The notes below the pieces were generated by a model, which saw only the letters and a list, made by a program, of their open reading frames with translations, was not told where the DNA came from and did no database searches. Of a DNA stretch of 56,790 bases, positions 16,062 through 25,044 are shown piece by piece (positions within the stretch are counted from its first letter, which is position 1; the number at the start of each line of letters is the position of its first letter). The position numbers and the translations under genes are program-made. The stretch covers positions 1 to 56,790 of the forward strand of contig CAYLSL010000001.1 in assembly GCA_964386615.1 (NCBI GenBank), given 5' to 3'. The DNA is from an uncultured Veillonellaceae bacterium. GTDB lineage: Bacteria > Bacillota > Negativicutes > UBA1444.

Positions 16062-17860
16062 TGGCTCACGGCTATACCGGACGCATTCTGGAAATTGATC
16101 TCAACCTGCGGAGTCACAAAACAAGCGACACAAATATGAAAGATGCCGAGCAATACCTCGGTGGTCGGGGACTGGGAGTTAAAACATTGTGGGACCGCTT
16201 GCCAACTGCCGGCCTTGACCCGCTGTCACCGGCTAATTTGCTGACATTCTGGCCCAGTCCGATTTCTGGCCTGCCCTTCGCCGGTCCTTCACGGGTCACC
16301 GTGGTAACAAAGGCAGCGAATACTTCGCCAATGGATTCAGGTTTACCGCATGCTTCGACATTAACCTGGTCTTCCCTCAGCGGCCACTTCGGGCCAGCCC
16401 TGAAACAGGCTGGCTACGACGGATTAATCATTAATGGGCGCGCCGATCAGCCGGTCATTCTGATTATTGACGAAAACAATGTATCGCTGCGTAATGCAGC
16501 CGATTTGTGGGGCCAGACGACTTCCGTCACGTTAGAACGCCTCAATCGTGAACTGGGAAGCGATTTCCGGCTCATGGCCATCGGTCCGGCTGGCGAAAAC
16601 GGCGTAAAATTTGCCGGCATCACCGGTGATGTAAAACGCACCACTGCCCGCGGCGGTGCTGGAGCCGTAATGGGCGCCAAAAATCTTAAAGCCATCGCGG
16701 TCCGCGGGTCGCTGCCTGTCTCGCTGCAGAATCCTGAAGGATTGATTACGTTACGGGGAAACATCACAGCGTTGCTGTCGGCCTGGAATAATTATGCGCA
16801 ATGGCGCCGTTGGGGCGCTGCACCGCTGCTGCTTTCTTCCGACAAGGCCGGCATGCTGACCACGCAAAATTATCGGGAAGGCTCTTGGCCGGACATTGCC
16901 AAACTAAGCCTGCCAACCGCCGAGCGAGAATTTTGGCTGCGCCATGCAGCCTGTGCATATTGTCCGCTCAAGTGCGTCAAAGTCGGAAAACTATCGCAGG
17001 GGCCCTGGAAGGGGGTTATTGCCGAAGGCCCTGGTTACAGCGCCGGAGCAATGCTGGGATCGAACTGTGGAGTCAAAGACTTCGGCGGGTTGATGAAACT
17101 GATTTCCCGCGCCGATGATTTGGGAATGGACCCCATCGCTGCCGGTAACGTCCTCGGCTTTGTAATGGATTTATTTGAACACGGCATTTTGCGCAGTGGT
17201 GATCTGGATGGATTGTCGCCTACTTGGGGGAATGTCCCCGTATTGTTGCAACTGATGGACAAAATCGCCCTGCAACAAGGCTGCGGTGCGGTTCTGGCCC
17301 AAGGCGTAAAAAAAGCCGCCGCCCAGATTGGTTCTGCCGCCATGCCTTTTGCCATGCATGTTAAAGGTCAGGAACTCGCCGGTTGGAATGTTCCTGCCAG
17401 CCACGACTTCGCCCTGGTTTATGGAACAGCCAACCGCGGTGGCAGTCACCAGGAAGGCGCCAGCATCCAGGAGCAACATCGCCGGACGTTTCTTGATGCC
17501 TTATGTGTTTGCCGTTTTGTTTATGGCGCGATCGGCACGGCCCCTTTTCAACGGGCTGTCTCGCTTGCCACCGGCTGGAACTGTGATGATGCAACCATGT
17601 TATCAACCGGCGAGCGAATCTGGAACTTGGAAAAATTATTCAACGCCCGCGAAGGGTTCCGCCGAATCGACGACAGACTGCCAGACAGATTCAGCAGCAT
17701 TACTTTCCGTAGCGGTCCCAAAGCCGGCGCCAAATTTCCTGCTGAAAAGCAAGATACCTTGTTGGACAATTATTATGAGGGGCGCGGCTGGGATAAGAAA
17801 ACCAGCCTGCCAACCACCGAAAAACTCAAGTCTCTCGGCCTCGACAAGCTGGTTACATAA
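16061..17860 (+). CDS. Aldehyde:ferredoxin oxidoreductase family tungsto/molybdopterin enzyme (AOR)
   Basis: [16 protein letters not shown]-terminus and the Fe-S motif CAYCPLKC. Length is 599 aa. ATG at 16061 overlaps the ferredoxin stop (TAATG). The first 51 residues of the track ORF from 15908 lie inside the ferredoxin gene and are spurious. Confidence 0.9.
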   Translation: MAHGYTGRILEIDLNLRSHKTSDTNMKDAEQYLGGRGLGVKTLWDRLPTAGLDPLSPANLLTFWPSPISGLPFAGPSRVTVVTKAANTSPMDSGLPHASTLTWSSLSGHFGPALKQAGYDGLIINGRADQPVILIIDENNVSLRNAADLWGQTTSVTLERLNRELGSDFRLMAIGPAGENGVKFAGITGDVKRTTARGGAGAVMGAKNLKAIAVRGSLPVSLQNPEGLITLRGNITALLSAWNNYAQWRRWGAAPLLLSSDKAGMLTTQNYREGSWPDIAKLSLPTAEREFWLRHAACAYCPLKCVKVGKLSQGPWKGVIAEGPGYSAGAMLGSNCGVKDFGGLMKLISRADDLGMDPIAAGNVLGFVMDLFEHGILRSGDLDGLSPTWGNVPVLLQLMDKIALQQGCGAVLAQGVKKAAAQIGSAAMPFAMHVKGQELAGWNVPASHDFALVYGTANRGGSHQEGASIQEQHRRTFLDALCVCRFVYGAIGTAPFQRAVSLATGWNCDDATMLSTGERIWNLEKLFNAREGFRRIDDRLPDRFSSITFRSGPKAGAKFPAEKQDTLLDNYYEGRGWDKKTSLPTTEKLKSLGLDKLVT

Positions 17861-17876
17861 AATCAGTCAGTGTATT

Positions 17877-19235
17877 TTAGTTGGTCAAGCTGCGAATCGG
17901 GGCCGGTATTCGTCCACCCCGGGCAATAAATACATCCGGCTGGAAGCGGTTGACTGCCATGATGGGAGCATGTCCCAGCAATCCACCAAACACGACGGAG
18001 TCGCCGACCGTTTTCCCCGGCACGGGAATGATCCTCACTGCAGTTGTTTTATTGTTAATCATGCCGATAGCGGCTTCATCGGCAATGATTGCCGAGATCG
18101 TTGCCGCCGAAGTATCGCCGGGAACCGCAATCATGTCCAGGCCAACCGAACAGACACAGGTCATGGCTTCCAGTTTCTCCAGTGTCAACGCGCCTCGTTC
18201 TACTGCCGCAATCATTCCTGCGTCTTCGCTGACTGGAATAAAAGCGCCTGACAATCCGCCAACGTGGGAAGATGCCATCAGTCCACCTTTTTTCACCGCA
18301 TCGTTAAGTAGGGCCAGCGCCGCGGTTGTGCCAGGCGCTCCGGTGCTTTCAAGGCCCATCTCTTCCAGAATCGCTGCCACACTGTCACCAATCGCCGGTG
18401 TTGGAGCCAGGGACAGGTCCACGATGCCAAATGGCACATTCAGTCGGCGGGAAGCTTCCTGCGCCACCAGCTGACCGACCCGCGTGATTTTGAAGGCAGT
18501 TTTTTTGATTGTTTCAGCGAGTACGCCAAAATCAGCGCCACGCACCTGTTCGATTGCCCGCAGCACAACGCCGGGGCCGCTGACACCAACATTGATACAG
18601 GCTTCCGCTTCGCCAACTCCATGGAAAGCGCCTGCCATAAACGGATTATCTTCTACAGCATTGGCGAACACAACCAACTTGGCGCAACCGATCGCATCAC
18701 GGTCTTGGGTCAGCAGCGCGGTTTGTTTGATGATTTTACCCATCCGGGCCACGCAGTCCATGTTGATTCCCGTTGAGGTCGAAGCCAGATTCACTGACGA
18801 ACAGACTCGTTCCGTCACCGCCAAGGCCTCTGGAATAGAATCGACCAATACCAGATCGCCTTTGGTAAATCCTTTGTGGACCAATGCAGAAAACCCGCCG
18901 ATGAAATTTACCCCGACAGTTTTCGCCGCACGGTCCAGCGCCTCGGCGACAGCGACATAGCTTTGGGTTTTGCAGGCTTCAGCCGCAATCGCAACCGGCG
19001 TAACGGAAATCCGCTTATTAATGATGGGAACCCCATATTCCGCTTCGATATCCTCGCCAACCTTGACTAAATGTTCAGCCTGGCGGGTAATTTTTTCATA
19101 TATTTTATTGCAAAATGTTGATAAATCCGGATCTGCACAGTCACGCAGGCTAATCCCCATCGTAATCGTCCGCACATCAAGATTTTGTTCCTTGATCATG
19201 CGATTGGTTTCTAATATATCATCCAGTGTGATCAT
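17877..19235 (-). CDS. PFL-like UPF0210 (DUF711) family protein
   Basis: [31 protein letters not shown]. Length is 452 aa. It sits in the canonical pairing with an upstream ACT-domain protein. Confidence 0.85.
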   Translation of the reverse strand: MITLDDILETNRMIKEQNLDVRTITMGISLRDCADPDLSTFCNKIYEKITRQAEHLVKVGEDIEAEYGVPIINKRISVTPVAIAAEACKTQSYVAVAEALDRAAKTVGVNFIGGFSALVHKGFTKGDLVLVDSIPEALAVTERVCSSVNLASTSTGINMDCVARMGKIIKQTALLTQDRDAIGCAKLVVFANAVEDNPFMAGAFHGVGEAEACINVGVSGPGVVLRAIEQVRGADFGVLAETIKKTAFKITRVGQLVAQEASRRLNVPFGIVDLSLAPTPAIGDSVAAILEEMGLESTGAPGTTAALALLNDAVKKGGLMASSHVGGLSGAFIPVSEDAGMIAAVERGALTLEKLEAMTCVCSVGLDMIAVPGDTSAATISAIIADEAAIGMINNKTTAVRIIPVPGKTVGDSVVFGGLLGHAPIMAVNRFQPDVFIARGGRIPAPIRSLTN

Positions 19236-19247
19236 TGGTTTGCCCCC

Positions 19248-19517
19248 TTAAATCCGGTGCATGACTTGAAAAATATCAGCGTGCTGAACTCTGATTTCGA
19301 GCCCCAAAGCTTCGCCTTTAGTCTTCATGATCGTCTGTAGTTCTTTTAAGCTAATTGCAGCGCCGCTCATGTCGGCAGTCATAATCATGTTGAAGAATCC
19401 ATCTAAAATCGTCTGGTCAAGATTGAGAATATTTACTCCGTTTTCAGCCAGCACGGTGGCCACCATGGCAATAATGCCGACTCGATCGCGGCCGAGAACA
19501 CTGATTACAATTTTCAT
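19248..19517 (-). CDS. ACT domain protein (UPF0237 family)
   Basis: MKIVISVLGRDRVGIIAMVATVLAENGVNILNLDQT. Length is 89 aa. Confidence 0.85.
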   Translation of the reverse strand: MKIVISVLGRDRVGIIAMVATVLAENGVNILNLDQTILDGFFNMIMTADMSGAAISLKELQTIMKTKGEALGLEIRVQHADIFQVMHRI

Positions 19518-19633
19518 GGTAACGCTCCTTTTATATGTTTTGATCTCAGGGTAACTATTATTGTATTTTCCTGCCGTACATAATGCAAGCTTAAATCATC
19601 TCTTGCGGCAAAAAAAGTAAAGAAGGTGAACGG

Positions 19634-20302
19634 ATGAACCTCTTTGATGTCATTGGTCCTGTCATGATCGGTCCCTCTAGTTCACATACCGCCGGCGCAG
19701 TCCGGTTGGGCAGATTGGCCCGTGAACTGCTTGGTGAACCTGTGATTGCCGCCGATATCGGGTTGCACGGTTCGTTTGCCCGAACCGGCAAAGGTCACGG
19801 GACTGACCGTGCGCTTATAGCCGGCCTGCTTGGCTGGCAAACCGATGATGACCGCATCCCCCGTGCTTTTGAGTTTGCTCAGCAAGCCGGGCTTGTTTTT
19901 CATTTTGAAACCATTTGTTTAGGTGACAGCGCACATCCCAATACTGTTGTTTTCGCCCTGAAAGGAAAAAACGACGGTGTTCTGCGCATCACAGGCTGTT
20001 CAGTCGGCGGCGGGAGAATCCGGCTTACAGAAATCAACGGTTTCCCGCTTGAACTAACCGGCGATTTTGCCGCATTGGTTACATTGCATCAAGACCGCCC
20101 GGGGGTAATTCACACTGTAACGGGAATTTTAGCCGCTCGTGCCGTTAACATCGCAGAAATGCGGGTATCCAGACGCAAACGCGGCAGTACTGCTGTGATG
20201 GTCATCGATGTCGATGGTATGATCTCCGACGAAGTGGTGGCTGAAGTCGCCGCCTTACCGCAAATTTTTGCCGCCAGACGTCTCAATCCTGTGGTGGAAT
20301 AG
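19634..20302 (+). CDS. sdaAB: L-serine ammonia-lyase (iron-sulfur dependent), beta subunit
   Basis: MNLFDVIGPVMIGPSSSHTAGAVRLG, with a C-terminal ACT-like region. Confidence 0.9.
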   Translation: MNLFDVIGPVMIGPSSSHTAGAVRLGRLARELLGEPVIAADIGLHGSFARTGKGHGTDRALIAGLLGWQTDDDRIPRAFEFAQQAGLVFHFETICLGDSAHPNTVVFALKGKNDGVLRITGCSVGGGRIRLTEINGFPLELTGDFAALVTLHQDRPGVIHTVTGILAARAVNIAEMRVSRRKRGSTAVMVIDVDGMISDEVVAEVAALPQIFAARRLNPVVE

Positions 20303-20315
20303 GAGGAATTGCCGA

Positions 20316-21215
20316 ATGGATAAACTATCCCTGTCCCTCTGGATTCAGGATGCAATTGCCGCCGATGTTCGCTTCGGTCAATTCTGTTTGCAATCACAGG
20401 CGGCAGATTTGGAAATCAGCGAAAAACTCCTGTTGGCCCGGATGCAGGAAGCACTGTCAGTAATGCGGCAAGCCATCGATTACGGCTTGAGCGGCGTACG
20501 CTCAACCGGCGGATTGGTTGGTGGTGACGGGCTGCGTTTGCAGCAATACGGATCGGACCCATGCAATTCAACTCATCTTCTGGGACCATTATCTACCAAA
20601 GCTGCCGCATACGCCCTGGCCGCCAATGAGGCCAATGCCGCCATGGGAAAAATCTGCGCAGCGCCTACAGCCGGCTCCAGCGGTGTCATCCCTGGCGTGC
20701 TGTTCGCTATTGGGGAGGAACGCAATATTTCTTCTGACGAACTTGCCATTGCTTTGGCAGTTGCCGGAACCATCGGCATGGTCATTGCCTCCCGGGCATC
20801 TTTGTCCGGCGCTGAAGGAGGTTGTCAGGCCGAATGCGGCTCAGCCGCGGCTATGGCAGCCGGCGCCGCAGTCAATCTGCTTGGCGGGAGTCCTGATCAG
20901 GTCGGGCAGGCTACAGCGTTAGCCCTGAAAAATCTGTTGGGACTCGTTTGTGATCCGGTGGCCGGTCTGGTTGAAGTCCCCTGTGTCAAGCGAAATGCCG
21001 GCGCCGCGATGATTGCACTGCTTTCGGCAGATATGGCGATGGCCGGAATAAAAAGTGTCATTCCGGTTGACGAAGTCATTGATGCCATGGCAGCAGTTGG
21101 GCACGCCATGCAGCCAGCTCTGCGGGAAACCGGCATGGGTGGTCTGGCTGCCACACCGACCGGGATTGAATGCGCCGAACGAATATTTGGCGCGCGCAAC
21201 CATCCTCTTGACTAA
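20316..21215 (+). CDS. sdaAA: L-serine ammonia-lyase (iron-sulfur dependent), alpha subunit
   Basis: Motifs AAPTAGSSGVIPG, GGCQAECGSAAAMAA and VPCVKRNA. ATG at 20316 follows AGGAGG. The track start at 20268 overlaps sdaAB. Confidence 0.9.
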   Translation: MDKLSLSLWIQDAIAADVRFGQFCLQSQAADLEISEKLLLARMQEALSVMRQAIDYGLSGVRSTGGLVGGDGLRLQQYGSDPCNSTHLLGPLSTKAAAYALAANEANAAMGKICAAPTAGSSGVIPGVLFAIGEERNISSDELAIALAVAGTIGMVIASRASLSGAEGGCQAECGSAAAMAAGAAVNLLGGSPDQVGQATALALKNLLGLVCDPVAGLVEVPCVKRNAGAAMIALLSADMAMAGIKSVIPVDEVIDAMAAVGHAMQPALRETGMGGLAATPTGIECAERIFGARNHPLD

Positions 21216-21240
21216 ACTGCCGCTGATAGATCGACAAAGC

Positions 21241-21278
21241 AAAGGCCGGACTGTAAAAAAACAGTCCGGCCTTTTTTC
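21241..21278. terminator. Rho-independent, probably bidirectional terminator between sdaAA and the permease
   Basis: aaaggccggactg-taaaaaaa-cagtccggccttt followed by a T-run, with an A-rich tract on the other side. Confidence 0.8.
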
Positions 21279-21295
21279 TCTTTCACATTTCAGTA

Positions 21296-22585
21296 TTATG
21301 ACTCTGCGCCACCGTCATTCGCCAGTTGGAACTTATCCAGTGCATAAAACAGCAGACTGATCAAAATCGACACAATAGTCCCCAGCGCCATCCCTTTGAG
21401 TTCCACAGCGCCGACCTTGACCGCAGCGCCGCTGATCCCTGAGATGAGTACAACAGAGGTCAGGATCAAATTGCGCGACTTGGTATAATCAACCTTCTTT
21501 TCAATCAGCATCCGGATACCGGCAGCCGCAATAACACCGAACAACAGGATGCATACCCCGCCCATGACCGGAACAGGAATGCTGCGGATGATCGCGGCAA
21601 ACTTGCCGACAAAGGAAATGCCGATCGCAATGATCGCCGCCCCGCCGATGACCCATACGCTAAACACTTTCGTTATTGCCATAACGCCGATGTTTTCACC
21701 ATACGTCGTATTCGGAGTCGCGCCGACAAAACCGGATAACATATTGGAAATCCCATCACCAAGCAAGGAGCGGTCCAAGCCGGGGTCCTTGACCAAATCT
21801 TTTTCCACGATATTGCCGGTAACGACCAAGTGACCAATGTGTTCAGCCAAAACGACAAAAGCAGCCGGCATGATCATCAGCATGGCACTGACATTAAAGG
21901 TTGGCGAGTACAGTGTAGGCACTTCAAACCAGGCGGCAGAGGCAATACTACCGAAATCGACAATCCCCATGAAAATCGAAAACAGATAACCGGCAACCAC
22001 ACCCAATAAAACAGGAATCGCCGCCAAAAAACCGCGCAACAGTATTGAACACAGGATCGTTACTCCTAATGTAAACATGGATACAGTGACCGCTGTTGCG
22101 TAAGGGATTTTTAGTTGCTCAATCAATTTACCGGTCAGACCAGCCATATCGGTTGCTACCGGCGCCAATTCCAGACCGATGATGGCAACAATCGCCCCCA
22201 TCGCAGCTGGTGGGAAAATTACGTCGATCCAGCGGGTTCCCGCCACACGGACCAACTGAGAAACCACCACAAAAAATATGCCGAACATGATGAATCCACC
22301 TTGAGCGGCAGCATACCCGCCCAGACTGGGATCGGCCATAATTGCAAAAACCGGTGAAATGAATGCAAAACTTGAACCCAGATAAGCCGGAATTCTTCCT
22401 TTGGCGATAATCAGGTAAATGAGTGTACCAATTCCGTTCATCAACAGCGAAGTTGCCGGGTTGACCTTGAACAAAAATGGAACCAGTACCGTGGCGCCAA
22501 ACATGGCAAACAGATGTTGCAGACTTAGGGGAATCGTTTGGGCCAACGGCAGCTTTTCCTGGACCTGGATGATTCTTCTCTCCAT
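21296..22585 (-). CDS. NCS2 family uracil/xanthine permease
   Basis: LSLQHLFAMFGATVLVPFL and ..GENIGV.AIT.V.S. A polytopic protein of about 430 aa. ATG at 22585 (MERRIIQ) has a GGGAG upstream. The track start at 22603 is an alternative. Confidence 0.85.
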   Translation of the reverse strand: MERRIIQVQEKLPLAQTIPLSLQHLFAMFGATVLVPFLFKVNPATSLLMNGIGTLIYLIIAKGRIPAYLGSSFAFISPVFAIMADPSLGGYAAAQGGFIMFGIFFVVVSQLVRVAGTRWIDVIFPPAAMGAIVAIIGLELAPVATDMAGLTGKLIEQLKIPYATAVTVSMFTLGVTILCSILLRGFLAAIPVLLGVVAGYLFSIFMGIVDFGSIASAAWFEVPTLYSPTFNVSAMLMIMPAAFVVLAEHIGHLVVTGNIVEKDLVKDPGLDRSLLGDGISNMLSGFVGATPNTTYGENIGVMAITKVFSVWVIGGAAIIAIGISFVGKFAAIIRSIPVPVMGGVCILLFGVIAAAGIRMLIEKKVDYTKSRNLILTSVVLISGISGAAVKVGAVELKGMALGTIVSILISLLFYALDKFQLANDGGAES

Positions 22586-22772
22586 CTTTTTCGCTCCCAT
22601 CATCTAATAATAGTAGTCGCACGGCAGGAAAAAAGACGTCCACAATTCGTATACCCTACAAATCATGACACGCCTTTGTGTCTGATGATCTCCTCTCATC
22701 ATTAATTCCTGTTAGTTAAGTTCGGAGTCGAATACAAAAATCCTGTCAGCTGCAAAGAAATATTTTTTTAGA

Positions 22773-23540
22773 TTACATTTTTTTCTTGTTCGCCCGAAAA
22801 TACTCATAAGTCAGGGGCGTCCGGTCAGCCACAACCATGCCGCCGGTAATTTCCGCGACAAATAACCGATGGGTCCCAACGTCTAAAATTTTGTCCGGAA
22901 TAACATGTGCTTCCAGATATGCCATGCAGTTACACAGAATAGGGCAGCCATTCTGTCCCAACACATAATTGACTTCGGCGAACTTATCCATTAAGCGCCC
23001 TGATTTATAGCCAAAATTCCTGACCATATCAAATTGCTCCTGACCAAGAACTGAAACAGCAAAACATCCCGATTCAGAGATATATTCATGAGTCAGATTA
23101 TTTTTGTTCAGACAAATAGCAATCCGCAAGGGAGGATCCGTCAATTGAAAAACAGTGTTGCAAATCTGTCCATTCAACTTACCCTCTTTGACAGAGGCGA
23201 CGACGTAGAGTCCATAGCTGATTTTATCCAGCGCGGCGCGGGAAGTGCCATCGGTGGAATCGAGGATGCTGGCGGCCGAAAGTTGCCTGATCGTATCTTC
23301 CAGCAGCACAAACAGTTCCGGACCCACTCCGCAGATCGGACAAACATCTGGCGGTCCGTCACCTTCATGGATATAGTCGCAGATCGTACATTTCCAGCGT
23401 TTCGGCTTTGCACCAGGCGCGACCGCCTCTTCAACATACGGCACAAACTCTTCCGGACCAACACCACACAAAGGACAGGCATCCGGCGGGTTTTCCCCTT
23501 CATGAATATAGCCACAGACCTTGCAGCGCCATTTCTTCAT
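22773..23540 (-). CDS. Flavin reductase-domain protein with two N-terminal rubredoxin-like Fe(Cys)4 domains (high-molecular-weight-rubredoxin-like)
   Basis: Two rubredoxin-like units, WRCKVCGYIHEG..PPDACPLCG and WKCTICDYIHEG..PPDVCPICG, then a flavin-reductase-like domain (YGLYVV........NG.ICNTV.Q....P). ATG at 23540 lies 5 nt after GGAGGAG. Confidence 0.8.
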   Translation of the reverse strand: MKKWRCKVCGYIHEGENPPDACPLCGVGPEEFVPYVEEAVAPGAKPKRWKCTICDYIHEGDGPPDVCPICGVGPELFVLLEDTIRQLSAASILDSTDGTSRAALDKISYGLYVVASVKEGKLNGQICNTVFQLTDPPLRIAICLNKNNLTHEYISESGCFAVSVLGQEQFDMVRNFGYKSGRLMDKFAEVNYVLGQNGCPILCNCMAYLEAHVIPDKILDVGTHRLFVAEITGGMVVADRTPLTYEYFRANKKKM

Positions 23541-23628
23541 TCTTTCTCCTCCATCTGTCAAAAATAATCCTGCGATTCTTTAAATGAAATTCGCCACCTG
23601 ACCCGCCATTCCTGCAAAATTCAGCAAA

Positions 23629-23657
23629 TTGACAGGAATAGCTGAAATTGTTAGTAT
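23629..23657 (+). promoter_or_regulatory. Putative sigma-70-type promoter for the DUF896-mobB-mobA operon
   Basis: TTGACA (23629..23634), a 17-nt spacer, then TAGTAT (23652..23657). Confidence 0.5.
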
Positions 23658-23707
23658 GAAATTAAACTGCATGGAAAACTATTCTGCTTGTGATAGGAGA
23701 ATGGAAT

Positions 23708-23926
23708 ATGATAACTAAAGAACTAATTGCCCGAATTAATGAGTTGTCACAAAGACAAAAACAAGGCTGCCTGACCGAAGCGGAAATACAGGAGCAGGCA
23801 CTATTGCGACGGCAATATCTCGATGGCATCAAAGCACAGGTTCGGGCACAGATTGACACAACGGGCCTCGCAGCAAAACCTGCCGCCAAGTGTTCCTGCG
23901 GTTGTCACGGGGAACACCGCCATTGA
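23708..23926 (+). CDS. DUF896 (UPF0291) family small protein with an added C-terminal Cys/His tail
   Basis: MITKELIARINELSQRQKQGCLTEAEIQEQALLRRQYLDGIKAQV. Tail: KCSCGCHGEHRH. AGGAGA RBS before ATG at 23708. Confidence 0.75.
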   Translation: MITKELIARINELSQRQKQGCLTEAEIQEQALLRRQYLDGIKAQVRAQIDTTGLAAKPAAKCSCGCHGEHRH

Positions 23927-24417
23927 TTCCGGCAATCTCGTTTATTGGGCGTTCCGGAGTCGGTAAAACGACTTATCTCGAAAAACTGATCACTGAGTTA
24001 AAAAGCCGCAATTACCGTGTCGGCGTAATCAAGCACGATATTCATGGATTTGAGATGGACCGCCCGGGAAAGGACACTTGGCGTCATGCGCAAGCAGGTG
24101 CTGATGTCGTATGTATCTCCTCATTTGAAAAATTTGCCCTGATCAAAAAAATGCAGCGCGATATGCCGCTTGAAGAAATTATCGCAAAAATTGATGATGT
24201 GGATATCATTTTGGTCGAAGGCTATAAAAACCATAGTGCCCGTCGGGTTGAAATTTTTCGTCAGGATGCAGGGCGAGAGCCGCTGAACCGACCGGAAGAT
24301 TTGTTTGCTGTAATATCCGATATTCCGCTCTACCCCGGTTTGCCTCACTTCAGTTTAGATAATCCGAAAATCTTTGCCGATTTTTTACTGGCGAAAATCA
24401 ACGAGGGCTGGCAATGA
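23923..24417 (+). CDS. mobB: Molybdopterin-guanine dinucleotide biosynthesis adaptor protein MobB
   Basis: IPAISFIGRSGVGKTTYLEKLI and VGVIKHD.HGFE.D.PGKDTWRH. The likely TTG start at 23923 overlaps the DUF896 stop (TTGA). The track start at 23890 would overlap by 37 nt. Confidence 0.8.
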   Translation: MIPAISFIGRSGVGKTTYLEKLITELKSRNYRVGVIKHDIHGFEMDRPGKDTWRHAQAGADVVCISSFEKFALIKKMQRDMPLEEIIAKIDDVDIILVEGYKNHSARRVEIFRQDAGREPLNRPEDLFAVISDIPLYPGLPHFSLDNPKIFADFLLAKINEGWQ

Positions 24418-24992
24418 CAGGCGTTGTACTTGCCGGCGGCCGCAATTCCCGCATGGGGCGGGACAAGGCAGCGTTGCCTTGGCAAGAATCGGATTTCCTT
24501 CATGTCATCCTGCAAAACCTTGCCACAATATGTGATGAACTAATTGTTGTCACAAACACGGAACGCTCGGAAACACTGCCGGCTGTTCGCCATGTCGCTG
24601 ACATTATTCCGCATTGTGGCCCTTTATCAGGAATTCATGCCGGTCTTGTACATGCTTCTTCTGAATATGCTTTTGTTACGGCCTGTGATATGCCCTACTT
24701 TTCAGCTGCGGCAGCGAATTATATTATGGCGCAGAGTCCTGGCTGGGATGCAGTGGTTCCAGGGTCAACCGATTTTTTCGAACCGTTATTTGCCTGCTAT
24801 GCAAAAAGTTGCATTCCCGCCATCGAATCCCTGTTACAAAGCAACAACCGCAAAACGCAGGCGCTGTTTCCCTTACTTCGCTGTAAGCATGTTCCTTTGG
24901 ATGAATTAAAGCAGTTCGACCCTCAGTTACGTCTACTGCGAAATATTAATTCACCGTCTGAATATCGGGACGCCTTGCTTGAGATGAGATAA
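24414..24992 (+). CDS. mobA: Molybdenum cofactor guanylyltransferase MobA
   Basis: MTGVVLAGGRNSRMGRDKAALPW, with ATGA overlap to mobB. Confidence 0.85.
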   Translation: MTGVVLAGGRNSRMGRDKAALPWQESDFLHVILQNLATICDELIVVTNTERSETLPAVRHVADIIPHCGPLSGIHAGLVHASSEYAFVTACDMPYFSAAAANYIMAQSPGWDAVVPGSTDFFEPLFACYAKSCIPAIESLLQSNNRKTQALFPLLRCKHVPLDELKQFDPQLRLLRNINSPSEYRDALLEMR

Positions 24993-25044
24993 TAACCTTT
25001 TGATAATCATGCTTACCGGAACATAAACGATGGGGGGAATCAAG

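Noticed and set aside
17328-18251. 307-aa + strand ORF spanning the end of the AOR gene and the DUF711 gene
   Set aside because: It is out of frame or antisense to two confidently identified genes, and its composition is typical of GC-biased shadow frames.
22128-22643. 171-aa minus-strand ORF overlapping the uracil permease gene
   Set aside because: It is an alternative frame of the permease gene, with no motifs and an Arg/Gly-rich composition.
22604-22772. Possible PyrR-binding attenuator or purine riboswitch in the uracil permease leader. The hairpin UGAUGA-GAGGAGA-UCAUCA partly resembles the PyrR loop CAGAGAGG.
   Set aside because: The match to the PyrR consensus is only partial. I could not fold a convincing terminator/antiterminator pair, although a T6 tract is present at about 22630 on the minus strand. 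No guanine/adenine riboswitch core is visible. A covariance-model search is needed.
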